DNA from: a virus
IMG/VR virus record: IMGVR_UViG_3300032782_000001
Coordinates: 180,404 to 244,403 of that record
Length of the DNA: 64,000 nt
Direction: 5' to 3' (one strand)
In this document: positions 27,287 through 39,500 of the stretch, piece by piece
Numbering within the stretch: position 1 is the first letter of the stretch
How the letters are laid out: each line of letters opens with the position of its first letter
Made by a program: the position numbers and the translations under genes
Notes under the pieces: generated by a model
Seen by the model: only the letters and a program-made list of their open reading frames with translations
Told to the model about the DNA's origin: nothing
Database searches by the model: none

Positions 27287-28078
27287 CTAATAGAGAATCA
27301 CCGAAGTCTCCAAAGAAACGGAGTCAAACATGACTCCCCGAACAGTCGGTTTGGTGTTCATTAAGGCATAATTCGGGTCATTGAGAACAGGAATATAGCT
27401 GTCGGAAAATTGGGGCGGGAACGGAGGAGGAGAAATTGGGGGGACTGGTAATGGCGGTCCCACCAGGAAAGGCCTCGGATTAGGTGTTTGGGCCAGCTCA
27501 TACGGATCAGAAGTTATGACTCTTGATTCCAAAGAGTCAATATCGACTTCGTTGCCGGAATTTGCAGTTTGAAGGGCTGGAGACATGAAAACAAGCCCTT
27601 GAGAACCTGAGAGAAGACCCTCCTGCGATTCACCTGAAAATCGATTCAGGAAAATTTCACCAATAACCGCGCCGAATGGAGTCGGAGGATAATCAGGTCC
27701 TCCACGGAATGAATACGTCTGCGTGCTATCCGTACCATCAGTGGTGGAAGTAGATACTTCCACCACTGCCATGGCTTCGAGATGAACCAATGGGACTTGG
27801 ATATCGAACGCATATCCGTTATTGGGAGCATCATAAATAAAACTGGATCCCGTCACAAAATCGGGAGTAAATGTGACAGTGGACCCATCAAATACGAGCA
27901 AAAAGCTCAGATAAATCTTGGTCTTAGATAAATCGATGAGAGAACCTTGAACTCCGACCGTTAAGTGAACATGAAGATCGTTTGGGATGAAGTCTTCTGG
28001 TAGAGGAGTAAGATCCGTGAGATACGGGATTCCGCCTCCACCAACATTCTGACCTACATTTTGTCCGAATCCAGACAT
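27287..28078 (-). CDS. Hypothetical structural protein with Pro-rich C-terminus
   Basis: 263-aa ORF; GQNVGQNVGGGG at the N-terminus and PPLPVPPISPPPFPPQF near the C-terminus. Confidence 0.5.
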   Translation of the reverse strand: MSGFGQNVGQNVGGGGIPYLTDLTPLPEDFIPNDLHVHLTVGVQGSLIDLSKTKIYLSFLLVFDGSTVTFTPDFVTGSSFIYDAPNNGYAFDIQVPLVHLEAMAVVEVSTSTTDGTDSTQTYSFRGGPDYPPTPFGAVIGEIFLNRFSGESQEGLLSGSQGLVFMSPALQTANSGNEVDIDSLESRVITSDPYELAQTPNPRPFLVGPPLPVPPISPPPFPPQFSDSYIPVLNDPNYALMNTKPTVRGVMFDSVSLETSVILY

Positions 28079-28081
28079 AAT

Positions 28082-28372
28082 TTACGATACGTAATCTTCT
28101 TCTACTGTGGCGCCTGAAATGGCTGTACTACCGGATTTTGTTCCCGTATAATAGACTCCAGTAGGATCTGGAAGGTCAGTAACAACCCAAACTCTGTAAA
28201 TAATTGATGGTAATGCGTCTACGTCTAGCCAACGCATTTTGATCCTTCGAACGGGCCCTTGAGTGGATGGCTCTTGGAATGTGGCTGGAAAGGCATATGA
28301 AGTAACAACAGGGGCGTAATAACTAGCCTGAGCCACAGTGTACGTCCACCCTTGAGTAGTAAAATCAGCCAT
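28082..28372 (-). CDS. Small hypothetical structural protein
   Basis: 96-aa ORF tightly packed (3-nt gaps) between neighbouring genes. Confidence 0.45.
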   Translation of the reverse strand: MADFTTQGWTYTVAQASYYAPVVTSYAFPATFQEPSTQGPVRRIKMRWLDVDALPSIIYRVWVVTDLPDPTGVYYTGTKSGSTAISGATVEEDYVS

Positions 28373-28373
28373 A

Positions 28374-29312
28374 CTAAACCGCTACGGGAGTTCCGTCCCA
28401 TGGTAGATTGACGTCACTAATGACTATCCTGTCGCCTGTACTGAGATAGCTCAATAGCTGTCCAGACTGTTTCCGCATCCCGTGCCACATCATAACATAC
28501 CCCACGCCCTTGATCCCGATAGGTTCTGAGGTAGTTGTATTATGACCGTAGATAACGGGGCCAACCTCTTCGTCCATAGAATGAGGATTTATTCCAAGTA
28601 GATTAGGAAACATGAAATTTCCTGCACTAGGATTACCAACCCCTAATGGATTGCAAGCAGACCAAGCTTCTGCTGGAGTCCCTTTTCCAAACCAGGCACC
28701 ACCGCCTGAAGCACTTGATACGTTTCCAATTGAAAAACCGTTTGTACCTGGGACTGTCCAAACAAAGGGATCTGGGTCATTTGGAGACCCCGTATTGGCC
28801 ATGATTGCATCCAATACAATTCCTCCTCCTGGAGCGCTGCCGGGGTTCCCGTCTGATATAATAGCGAGGAAAAATCCATAAGGAGCTGCGTTATCAGCTC
28901 CCATATTTACATGATAACTATTATCGCTCAAGAATCCTGTGAATGTTCCACGAATATTCTGAGAATCTGTAGCCGTAGGGATGACAGTAGCACTAGGACT
29001 GCCGCCTGTATACCCAGCAGAATAACTATATGTGAGTGTGCTAACATTGGAAATTCCTGACATCTGTAAAAGCATTTCTCGAGTAACCCCGAGATAAGAA
29101 GGCATCTGGATGCGAAACCAAGCGTTGGCGTTACCAAGGCCTCCAGCTCCAGAAGATGCCGTTGTCAAAATATCACTGGAACTCGAGAACAGACTAAGTC
29201 CGTCCCCTGAAGATTTAACAGTCCATCCAGCGGTTTTGAGAAGCTCCTTCAAATTGAAAAGAGCTCCCGCTCCCGTTACAAGACCAATATTCTTCCGGAA
29301 TATGAACGACAT
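28374..29312 (-). CDS. Member A of a four-gene tandem paralogous family (~315 aa)
   Basis: Aligns with members B-D from the internal Met (MSFIFRKNIGLVTGAGALF...); the longer ORF start at 29345 would overlap member B. Shared motifs GWTVKSSGDG, AWFRIQ, AAPYGFF/W, terminal D[IV]NLPWxGxxP. Confidence 0.7.
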   Translation of the reverse strand: MSFIFRKNIGLVTGAGALFNLKELLKTAGWTVKSSGDGLSLFSSSSDILTTASSGAGGLGNANAWFRIQMPSYLGVTREMLLQMSGISNVSTLTYSYSAGYTGGSPSATVIPTATDSQNIRGTFTGFLSDNSYHVNMGADNAAPYGFFLAIISDGNPGSAPGGGIVLDAIMANTGSPNDPDPFVWTVPGTNGFSIGNVSSASGGGAWFGKGTPAEAWSACNPLGVGNPSAGNFMFPNLLGINPHSMDEEVGPVIYGHNTTTSEPIGIKGVGYVMMWHGMRKQSGQLLSYLSTGDRIVISDVNLPWDGTPVAV

Positions 29313-29317
29313 ATTGC

Positions 29318-30265
29318 CTAGAGAAGGGGGTAACTGCCGTTCCACGGCAAGTTTATATCACCAAAACAAATCCTGTCTCGAGCAGTATTGATTCCGATAG
29401 CTGTTCCTGTAGCAAACCTGGAACTGTTGAACTTGAAAATTGAACTCATTCCTTTCCATCCGTTAGGGGCGGCTTGGCTTCCTGAAGTGGTTCGACCCCA
29501 GAACAGCGGATAAGAAAATTTCTTATTGAAATAAGTCAACAAAACTTCTGCTTGTGCAGGAATTAATGGAGTGCTAGAAGCCCCATATTGCATGGCTTGA
29601 ATTTGTTGGAATGTGGCTCCAGTTTGCCCGTAGTTGTACCAGGCTCTCTGAGTGTTACTTTGAGTAGTTAATGAAGTAAATGGAGTACCCGACGTACTGG
29701 CAATGAGAACCACAGGATCCGCATCGCTGACAGGATATGTGCCCGTCACCATCGGGTCCATGACGAGAACTCCGTCTAAAGTGGTTCCATCAATCGAATT
29801 AGGTCTAAATCCGACACTCCAAAAACCATAAGGAGCAGCTGCATCAGCAGCTGCATTCCATCTATATGTTGCATCAGTGCTATTCATCCAAGATACGAAT
29901 GTACCTGAAGTACCGATCAAAAATTGTTCATCGGTAGCGGTCGGCATTACAGTAGCACTTGGACTACCGCCAGTAAACTTTGCCTGCGCCGAGTATTTTA
30001 CTCTCCATTGCCCAATGGATCCGTTTGTCTGCATGCAGAATTCCCGAGTACCTCCCGGGTCTTGAATTCGGAACCATGAATTGGCATTTGCCATACCACC
30101 AGAGCCAGTTGTAGCACTAGTAATTTGGTCTCCTGATGAGTTAAAAGTAGTTCCATCCCCAGACGACTTCACGATCCAACCTACGAGCTTTAGCAGTGCT
30201 TTGAACCTGAATACAAGTTGCCAGCTCGTGGTCACCGCGGTGTTAGAATCATAGGAGAAAGCCAT
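29318..30265 (-). CDS. Member B of the tandem paralogous family
   Basis: MAFSYD...GWIVKSSGDG...SWFRIQ...AAPYGFW...GDINLPWNGSYP. Confidence 0.7.
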   Translation of the reverse strand: MAFSYDSNTAVTTSWQLVFRFKALLKLVGWIVKSSGDGTTFNSSGDQITSATTGSGGMANANSWFRIQDPGGTREFCMQTNGSIGQWRVKYSAQAKFTGGSPSATVMPTATDEQFLIGTSGTFVSWMNSTDATYRWNAAADAAAPYGFWSVGFRPNSIDGTTLDGVLVMDPMVTGTYPVSDADPVVLIASTSGTPFTSLTTQSNTQRAWYNYGQTGATFQQIQAMQYGASSTPLIPAQAEVLLTYFNKKFSYPLFWGRTTSGSQAAPNGWKGMSSIFKFNSSRFATGTAIGINTARDRICFGDINLPWNGSYPLL

Positions 30266-30267
30266 GA

Positions 30268-31227
30268 CTAAATCGTTGGAGTGGACCCATTCCAGGGAAG
30301 ATTAACGTCTCGATACACGATTCTATCCTTAGCACCAGGAGAAGAGATAGAAAGTGTGTCGCCTGTGGTCCTAGATGAGCCATTCCATTTCATGAAGGAA
30401 CACATCCCTTTAAAACCTCCAGGCCAACGAGCTTCTCCAGAGATAACTTGTCCAGGAGAACCGACAGGAATATCAAAGACGTCATCGTTCCCGTTGTGAG
30501 GATTGGGCCCGACGTTATTAGGAATGGTGGAAGATCCATTGTAGAAAGAAAAACACCAAGTTGGGACCCCAGAGGTAAAAGCGGAATTAAAACGCTCTCC
30601 TGTAAGTCCTTTGCGGAAATAAGCAGCAAGACCGTTTCCGCCACCCGCAAGATCGCTTCCAGCGGAAAAAGTGGAAGTGACAATCGAAATATAGAAAACA
30701 TACGGATCTGCATCAGACGGGTCAGTTTGATTCAACGGAAACATGCAAATGCACCCGTTCGGATTTCCTCCGCCGATAGCGAACTGACTAGCCCAAAATC
30801 CATAGGGAGCAGCATCATCAGCAGCTGCATTCCATCGATACGTGCTATTGCCAGGGAAAATGCTGAACCCATTAGATAGGCTAATGCTGTCAGTTGCCGT
30901 AGCAGGCACGGAAGCAGAACCACCAGAGAAATGAGCAGAATATGAGTATTTGATAACCCAAGAAGTGTCGTTACTACGCTCAAACATGAGCTGCCGATTG
31001 ACCCCATTCATGGTCGGCATCTCAATCACGAACCAAGCAGTTCCGTTCCCGAGCCCACCCGCTCCAGTGTTACCAGAAGTTATGACGTCACCGGAAGAAC
31101 TGAAAGCACTGAGACTGTCCCCGGATGATCTGACAACCCATCCGGCGGCTACCAACAGAGTCTTCAGCTTGAAGACAGCCTGAGGCCCCGTAATGGCTGC
31201 GTTGTTGACGTCATAATGGAATGCCAT
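30268..31227 (-). CDS. Member C of the tandem paralogous family
   Basis: MAFHYD...GWVVRSSGDS...AWFVIE...AAPYGFW...RDVNLPWNGSTP. Confidence 0.7.
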   Translation of the reverse strand: MAFHYDVNNAAITGPQAVFKLKTLLVAAGWVVRSSGDSLSAFSSSGDVITSGNTGAGGLGNGTAWFVIEMPTMNGVNRQLMFERSNDTSWVIKYSYSAHFSGGSASVPATATDSISLSNGFSIFPGNSTYRWNAAADDAAPYGFWASQFAIGGGNPNGCICMFPLNQTDPSDADPYVFYISIVTSTFSAGSDLAGGGNGLAAYFRKGLTGERFNSAFTSGVPTWCFSFYNGSSTIPNNVGPNPHNGNDDVFDIPVGSPGQVISGEARWPGGFKGMCSFMKWNGSSRTTGDTLSISSPGAKDRIVYRDVNLPWNGSTPTI

Positions 31228-31233
31228 AATTCC

Positions 31234-32163
31234 TCAGGTCAGGATTTTGCTGCCATTCCAAGGCAAAGCAATGTCACCAACCGTCACAGTATCTCGTGTC
31301 GTAGAAACTGAAAGAAGAGTGGGAGTAACATAAGCCTGTCCAACCATTTTCATTAGACTGGAAACTCCTTTCCAACCGACAGGGGCCGTTTTTCCAGTAT
31401 CTCTTGCGTAGAACACGGGAAACATCACTTCATTGAATGAATGAGAATGATTACCGGCTCCTCCCGGGAACAGAATCGGTGATGACCCTAGAGCCACTCT
31501 CATCCAGGGAATGTTAACAAATCCTTCCCCCGCCAATCCCTTCTTCAAATACCCAAGTGGTGAACCAGGAGTGCCGACGGAAAAAGCACTGCTGCCGACA
31601 AAAATAAACACCATCGGATCGTTATCGGCCGCAGGATAAGATCCTGCGAGCAGAGGGTCCATGACAAGAGAACAAGTTATGGACGAATTGAACTGACCGC
31701 CAAAGGTGTAGGCAAACATGTAAAAACCATATGGAGCAGCATTGTCACACGCGATCTGGATTCGATAAGTATTATCAGTAGTGAAAAGAGTAGTGGCATT
31801 TAACAGAGTTTGACTATCAGTTGCAGTCCCAGGTGTCGTGGAATTTGGTGAACCGCCGGTAAATCCTGCTGAAAATGAATACTTAGAAGTCCAAACAGGA
31901 TTGGAAGAACCTCTTTGAAATATGAGTTCACGAGAACCTGCACCGGCAGGTGATTGCATTCGAACCCAAGCACTTGTATTTGCGAATCCATTGGCGCCTG
32001 AATTCCCGGAGGTAATAATATCACCTGAACTAGAGAAAGCACTCAACCCGTCTCCGGATGACTGCGTAGTCCATCCTGCAGCTATGAGCGCTTGCTTGAA
32101 GCGGTACATAGCTTGAGACCCCGTCAGGGGTAGAGGATAGTTGATGTCAAATACGAGTGCCAT
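31234..32163 (-). CDS. Member D of the tandem paralogous family
   Basis: MALVFD...GWTTQSSGDG...AWVRMQ...AAPYGFY...GDIALPWNGS. Confidence 0.7.
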   Translation of the reverse strand: MALVFDINYPLPLTGSQAMYRFKQALIAAGWTTQSSGDGLSAFSSSGDIITSGNSGANGFANTSAWVRMQSPAGAGSRELIFQRGSSNPVWTSKYSFSAGFTGGSPNSTTPGTATDSQTLLNATTLFTTDNTYRIQIACDNAAPYGFYMFAYTFGGQFNSSITCSLVMDPLLAGSYPAADNDPMVFIFVGSSAFSVGTPGSPLGYLKKGLAGEGFVNIPWMRVALGSSPILFPGGAGNHSHSFNEVMFPVFYARDTGKTAPVGWKGVSSLMKMVGQAYVTPTLLSVSTTRDTVTVGDIALPWNGSKILT

Positions 32164-33488
32164 TAGCTGTAAAGAACCTCAAGCTGCGCGAGCTTGCACG
32201 TGCAACCATCTCCAGCGCCCGCAGGATTGGGGGTGAAGACTTGAAGTTGGACCTCGTAAGTTCTCAAAGCGTTTTTAATATTCCCAGCAGCACCGCCTAC
32301 GGTGAGAGTCCCGGAAATAAGACGAGAAGGTGTCGTGGATGCCACAGACAACGCCGTCCCGGTAACATCTTCTGCGTCGTCTACGTTAAATAATTTCACC
32401 TGGGCAGTAACGCCAGGGGTTCCTTCCAACACCGCTCGGAACTTGATTGTCCTCGTGAATCCTGAAGATCCAGCTCCAGCGGCAATTACGGAAGGATCGA
32501 AAACAATGCAACCAATACCTTTATAAGTATTGGAGCCTGTGCCGGAATTAGACTGAGACCCTGTGACACCTGGGAAAGTGAAAATTGCAGGGACAGTAGC
32601 CAGGGAAGAAGGAGTCCATTGTGCTCCGTCCCAAAGAACCACATTGCCGGTTGATGGAGCCGCAGAATTAAAATTCCTACCTTGAATTTTTACAACGGTG
32701 TTAGACCCTATAGTCCCGGTTACATCTCCAGAAAGAGTCAAATTCAAAGTAGTGGGGGCCCATTTGGAACCATCCCATTCCAAAACTTGACTGGAGGTAG
32801 GAGCTGTCGAATCGACCGCCCTACCTTGAAGCTTGATAACAGTTGCACTAGCAATAGTCCCGGAAAGGTCTCCTCCTACTGCAGGATTGGTTGGAGTCCA
32901 AGCCGAACCATTCCACTCCAGGATATCTCCTGAAGACGGAGAACTTGCGCTTATTGGGTGGGATTGTAATCCCACTACCACTGCATCGTTGAGAGGCCCG
33001 GAAAGATCCCCACCAGCGCCTGCCGAAGTATTTAAGACGACATCCCAAATGTCTTCAATAACGTAAAGCCACGCATCCAGTTCTGTCATGGCTCCACGGG
33101 AGCCCGTTTCAGATCCTTCAGTATAAGCAGGATGACGGCGGGGAAGCGTAGCAGTAGCTGCAATGACCGGATCGCCGGGGTTCCTGGCGTAGAACCATAG
33201 TTCTGAAATTTTGTTGAGACCTACTCCACCATCAGCAATAAACCGGACTTTATACGTACCCTTGAAAGTAGGAGTGATGGTAACAGCAGGAAGCGTCAAA
33301 GGTGGAACTAAATTATCCCCAGATTCTATTAAACTGTGATCGACAGGACGACTAATTAACTGCCATTCATAAATACCGAAAGCAGACGTCAGAGAAAAGG
33401 TCACGGGGGTCCCCGTAACCACATCGTAGTTCGGGACTCCGGTGGTGACCGACAGACCCTGAGTTATGACGATGACCGGGCCTGGCAT
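32163..33488 (-). CDS. Tail fibre protein with three GGDLSG...W.P shaft repeats and a C-terminal domain shared with the collagen-like fibre
   Basis: Repeats GGDLSGPLNDAVVVGLQ...GDILEWNGSAWTP (x3). The C-terminal ~120 aa (…YEVQLQVFTP…CTCKLAQLEVLYS) are paralogous to the C-terminus of 43394-46147 (…YEVQLRCYP…[13 protein letters not shown]). Confidence 0.7.
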   Translation of the reverse strand: MPGPVIVITQGLSVTTGVPNYDVVTGTPVTFSLTSAFGIYEWQLISRPVDHSLIESGDNLVPPLTLPAVTITPTFKGTYKVRFIADGGVGLNKISELWFYARNPGDPVIAATATLPRRHPAYTEGSETGSRGAMTELDAWLYVIEDIWDVVLNTSAGAGGDLSGPLNDAVVVGLQSHPISASSPSSGDILEWNGSAWTPTNPAVGGDLSGTIASATVIKLQGRAVDSTAPTSSQVLEWDGSKWAPTTLNLTLSGDVTGTIGSNTVVKIQGRNFNSAAPSTGNVVLWDGAQWTPSSLATVPAIFTFPGVTGSQSNSGTGSNTYKGIGCIVFDPSVIAAGAGSSGFTRTIKFRAVLEGTPGVTAQVKLFNVDDAEDVTGTALSVASTTPSRLISGTLTVGGAAGNIKNALRTYEVQLQVFTPNPAGAGDGCTCKLAQLEVLYS

Positions 33489-33521
33489 TCTTCCCGGATC
33501 GTCCGATTAGGCTCTTAGGGA

Positions 33522-36500
33522 TCAGTTGAGAATAATAAGTTGTAGAGAATTGCGTTTGAGATCCCGCACCAATCGATAAGTGTGGAAGTTTCCATCTTCC
33601 CAGTCAAAAGGACGACGGAACAAAGTTTTGCCTGAATTTAGATCTTGAACTTTGACGAAACGAAATGAACCAAGCTTTTCAAAGCCGATACCAGCTGTAA
33701 AGCCGAAAGGTCCGGCAATTCCGGAAAAACCAACATAGATTCCTGAGTCCAAATTAGTGGATGGAGAGAATACGGAATTGATTCGAATGGAAAGAGTCAT
33801 TTCAAACTTGACGGAAATAGAATCAGGGAGCCCCGAGCGGCTCTCATATGCCGTTCTCGTAGTTCCAATAGTTCCGTAACGCATGAAGTCTATTGGACCT
33901 GCACTCATCATGGTGACGGACACAGAAGAGGGATCGTCTGACAAAATGAACCAGGGCGTGTATTGAGGAACGTCTAGTCCCAACAAGAAAATGGCTGAAC
34001 CACTAAGAATCATTACTTTGGACGAGGGACCAGACGTCGGGCTAATAAGCCTAATGCGTCCATCGATCTCAGATGAGGCAAGAGATGAAGGGAGTCCCGG
34101 CGCAGAGTTGATTCGTGAAACAACAGCCCCCGAAGTCGTATCACCCGCTTGGAAAGTCACGAGAACAGGATCCGCTTGATCTACCTGAATCGTGATGGTT
34201 TCTCCTCCTACGATATTGAACGGCGGGGTCAGATTCCCAACAAGCTGAGCATTCTCAGGAAGAGCCGCACCAGTGAAAGTAAGCGTCTGATCTTGTTGCG
34301 CTTTAAATCCATCAATATGCCACGTTTCATCATCCGAGAACGGTGAAACGTGACCAGGTTCCCCCGTCGGAGTCCGGAAGAATTTCATTCCTTCATACAA
34401 AACACGTGATGGCGGATCTAGTCTAATGAACACGGTTCCGCCGTGAACACCAGGCTGGACTCTATGAAGTTCATACTTTGTCCTAATCTCATTAAGTAAA
34501 TCCACCGCCGTAATCAAATCCACAGCATCGGGGGATGTGACTACATTCACAGTGTCATCTGTTACGTGCACGTCATCTGCCGTCCGATGAATGTTAAATT
34601 TGAGTTTAAGCTGATTGGTGGTAAGAATAAGACTGGCAAGATCAGAAGGTGGGGGCAAGAACACATGATCTTGAATGTCTTCCGTCACGTGGGTTCGAGG
34701 TCGAACCAAATGCATGTTGAATTGATTCAACAGATCAGCAGCAAGGGTCAAAGCAGTAACGGTCGGTCCATCGATAGAGCTGACTGACAGCACGGGGGAG
34801 AAGCCAAAATGATAAAGGTTTCCAACTCTATGAAGGTTATACTCTGACTTGAGCTCATTGAGAAGTGTAATCGCGGTATTCAAGTCAAATGCATCTGGAG
34901 ATACAACAGCATATCTAATGTCAAGATCTTCATGCAGTTCCACTTGGGACTCGATGAGTGTCCTGTGCCGATTGAATTTCAGCTTCATATCATTGATCAA
35001 TCCAATAATGGATGGCAAATCCAAAACTGGTTGACCTGCGACAATTCGAGTGAAGGAACTTGGAGAAGAATCCGGAGTCGCATAAGGAGCAGATGCAGTA
35101 AAGAATCCGGCACCTACAGCAATAACGACCCTGAACGATCCAGCATTTGGACCCGTGAGAAATTCGATAGAGTTCCCGATTCCCAAAGGAATGGTCGGAT
35201 TTTCGACAGTAACCAGATCAGCTTGGACCGATCCATACCCCAGACCCGGAATCCGTAGAATCGTTTCAGCATCGAGAATGTCAGAGAAGAAATGGAATGA
35301 TGTGGCCAATACGTGGGCACTCATTTGAACTCGAACTTCGTCAGCGAGAATCGCCAGACTAGTAATATCGGAAGCGTCAGCTGCCGTCACGATATTTGTG
35401 ACATCAGGCGTGATGTGGAGCGGGCCGCCGTTCCTATGACCTGTGTACTGAACAATCAAGTCATCTGCCAGTACGACAGCTGAATCAATATCAGTCGCAT
35501 CGGCGGATGTAACTATGTCTTGGTTGTCATCGAAATCATGAATACCAGGTTGAGTCCTGTGGGCGTTAAATTTAGCTTTCAGTTCATTGAGTAGTGCGAT
35601 GGCCGACGACAGATCTAAAGCTGCTGGAAGAATCGAAGCGTTTACGAGATCATTGGATACATGCAAACCTGGCTGCACGCGATGTGAATTATACTTAGAT
35701 TGAACATCATTTGCAATAGAAATAACATCAGAAATAGCATCGGAAACTGTTGTAGCTGATGGTTCAGTAACAACGTCATCAATATCATCTTCAAGGTCAG
35801 AAATGAATCCTTTAGTATTAACAAGATCTACGGACGGAATATTTTCTACGGGAGTAACGACACGAGTTAGCCCTCCCCTAGACTCAAGATTTTGAGTCTT
35901 CGGGACTGGCGGAGTGCCTTCGCCGAGAATAGTAAAAGCAGCAACATCCGCATCGCTCATGAAATCGTCCAGAGGAGTGCCACCAGAATAAATCCGGAAG
36001 CCAAAATGTTGATGAGTCTTGGCAGTAAAAAGATGATCGGGAGACGCTACAGCATTTGCCCGATTAGTAACTTGACCGGGAGAAATAAGTCGATCGCTCA
36101 AAGTGAGTTTGCCGATGGAATACTTAATGAAATCCCATCGAGTCCGGACGATCTCTTGCGGATTGAAACTACCGAAGGCTACGGCTTGATGGCCGCTTGT
36201 GATTCCTTTCAAAAAACTTGTGGAGGATGATGGAAGTCGCAAAGAGTCGTAATTTGTGCTGATTACAGGAACTTGTCCCCCATCCACATAAACGGAAACG
36301 GCAGACACGGGGTCACGAACAATTCGATAAGTGTGGAGCGCTGTCCAATCAACTTGATATAAATAGTATGAGTCGAGAATCGTAGGATCTCCACCCATGA
36401 AAATTCCCACGAATCTACGACTAGAAGCGCTGGGATCAGAAATCTTACTATCACGGAAAACTGTCACAGTATTCCAATCCACCACAGACATGGCAGAACG

Positions 36501-39500
36501 CATGTCACTTCCGTTTACTGGAGCACTTCCGGATCCAAACGACAAAGAAGGACCTGCCAATCCAGTATTTAATCCAGAATAAGTCGGTGACGGTTGTCCC
36601 GATAACGGACTAAGAAGAGATCCGTCTGCGAGGACAAAAATGGAATCGGCGTTCTTGGACGTGTAGACATCATAAGAGTGAGTTTGCCCGTCTCCCCAGT
36701 TGAAAGCGTACTGAGCTTTCACGTCCAAAGAACCGGTAGACGTATTGAAAGACACAAGATTTAGGTATTTATTGTTGGTTATCGGATCAATAGCAGTCTG
36801 CAGTTCTAAAGACTTACCGGAAGGGCCTTCATCAACGGATACTAAAGCACCACAGAAATGATATGTATTGTACGGGGGCGCCGCCGGGATACTATCACCA
36901 GGCACGAATGAAAGAACTGCGAATCTGCAGTCCATCTTCCAATCCACAGATGAATTGAATGCTTGATTTGTAACTACAGGATCAGCAAGATTAAATACAA
37001 CATAATCAGAAACGTCTGAATCGGTCAGACGCATAGTCCGACCAAGCATTTCAGAAGACTGGGTACCGGCTCTAGTCCAAACTGGGCTATCGAGGTCAGG
37101 AAGATTCTCGCCGAACCAACTTACTCTTGGTTCCGGATTCGAGTCCTTGCCTCGATAAACTCCAGGACTGAATCCAAGTTTGGACAGCGAACTCCCGGAA
37201 ATGATCTGAATACTGGATTGAATACCAACATCTGAGCTAGTGAGGGTGACTCGGCCTCCTGCTGCAGAAGCTAAAGTGAAACCAGCTGCAGTATTGATAG
37301 TCGAAGCCACATTCACGGCAGTGGAATCAGATGGTGAGAAATTCACAGTAAAGGGAGGAGCTCCATCCAGACTAATGACGATGGAGTCACCTGAAACCAT
37401 CGGAAACGGTTCGGTAGACGATCCTGTGATAGTAGCCGGAGATGGCGAAAATTGAAGGAAACAGAATTGAACTGAAAAATTTTCGTCGTCGAGGAAAACC
37501 CCCGCAGCTCGATTATCCAGGCTATGGGTCCAAAAATCAATCGAAGCAGCGAATTCGAAACTACAGGCAGTGTTTACAGAAAGAATAGGTTCAAGTCGTA
37601 GACATCCTCTATACGCACCAGAGCTCAAGCCTAGAGCTTGAACACTAGCAGAAGGAGCTGACGCCGTGGAATCAATCGTCAAAATTCCTGAAGCTACTCG
37701 TTCCACGCCTCCTTGGCCAACAGTGATCCAAGGAGCTTGAGGATCCAATTCCGGAAGAGTATCAGCTTCGTAATCTACTCTCTTATTATCCCCGATTAAG
37801 TTTGCATCCACAGGGCTCATGTTGGAACGAACGAAAGCCCAATTGCTAGTTGATGTTGAATTTCTACCAATTGACCCGAAGAAAATTTGTTGTAGTGGGT
37901 CGAATTGTCCATCCAAATCGCTAATGGATGGGAGTTCCGTAACCGACGCTGTAGTAATAGGTGAAAGCCCACCGCTCAAGAAGAGTGAAATATCTCCGTC
38001 AGAATCACGGAAAATACGGTAAGTGGTAAGAACAGTCCAATCGACGCTAGCAGCATTCCAACTTTCTTGGAATTCCGCGAATCCTCGATTAGTAAGAATC
38101 CCGGCTTGGCGAACTTGGTTGACAACGTTAGTTACGTCATTGACGAAGTGAATTCCAGGTTGTGTTTCATGTGCATTGAGTTTAGTCCTAATTTCATTCA
38201 CAAGAGTAAGAGACGTGGGCAGGTCATCCGCATCCGGAGACACAATGGGGTCAATCGTGTCTGGGATAATATGAACACCACTGGCTCCACCTTTTGCCAT
38301 GTGGAGGTTCATTTTAGATTTCAGGTCATTCAATAAGATGACCAAAGATACTAGATCTGTCGCATCAACGATAACGACTGTATCATCAGGATCGTTGGGG
38401 ATATGAGATCCTAGATTCGTAAGGTGTGAATTAAATTTAGCCTTCGCATCATTGACCATCACAATAGCTGACGATAGATTAATAGCGTCAGTCAGAATGA
38501 ATCCAATAACAGCCACTTTCTGGCCATCAGAAACTCCGAAAGAAACCCCTGTGAAAACTCCATCATTGACAGATTCTTCTACGAACATACGGAATGCTGC
38601 CGACAAAATAGCCGGTGCCCGCATGTCAATAGTATGAGTAAAGAACGGAGGTTGACTCGACGGTCCAGTCTGAATATTGGAATCGACGATGGTCAGTTGA
38701 TTCCCTCCGGGAGCGAGAATAAACGTACCGTCACCTTCAAGAGTCCAAGGGTTATGGGCATTTTGAGGGAGTGTGATCGGGTCGTATCGAATGGTAGTTT
38801 CGAAGAAAGTTTGGAATAGGACAGGATATGCAAGACGATTGGTAGGAACGTTCAAAAGAAGGGTGCTGGGATCATTCAGAACAGCGGAATACCTCCTTTC
38901 AAGGCCTTTATACTTCCAGCCAACTTTTTGCGGCTGATAGGGGGACGTGAAATCAGGACTGGTGACTGGGTCAATAAGAAAAGACCGAGATCGATACCTG
39001 TGTTCTGGGAATCCAGCATACCCGCGATTCCCAGCCTGATTCAGATTGAATTCTGGAGAATTTAGTCTGAGTAACTTGGCCGGCGGATTATTCAAAAATG
39101 CATAGTTGATCGAGACTATATCTGTGGGGCTCGGTTTATTTGTAAGAACAACTGCCCCGAGAAGTCCGAATACTGCATCAACCGCAGCAGGAGACCCATT
39201 CACAATTACGTCTACGTCCGCAGAATCATCTGCAACCATTCCAGGCCGAGGATCTTTGAGAATCCAAGAAAAAGGTCCAGTAAGGGGGCCCGGATATAGA
39301 CCCGTAATTGGTTTTACTTCTGAAATCGTGACCCGATTAACGGAATCCCCGACTTGATGAGATTTAAGGTTTTGCCTATGAGATTCAAATTTCCTACGTA
39401 AATCATTGACAAGAATAACCGCACTAGCCAATGACGTTGCCGCAGGCGATAGAATCACATCATCCGTATCCGCAACTTTGTGAACAGGCGGAACACCTGA

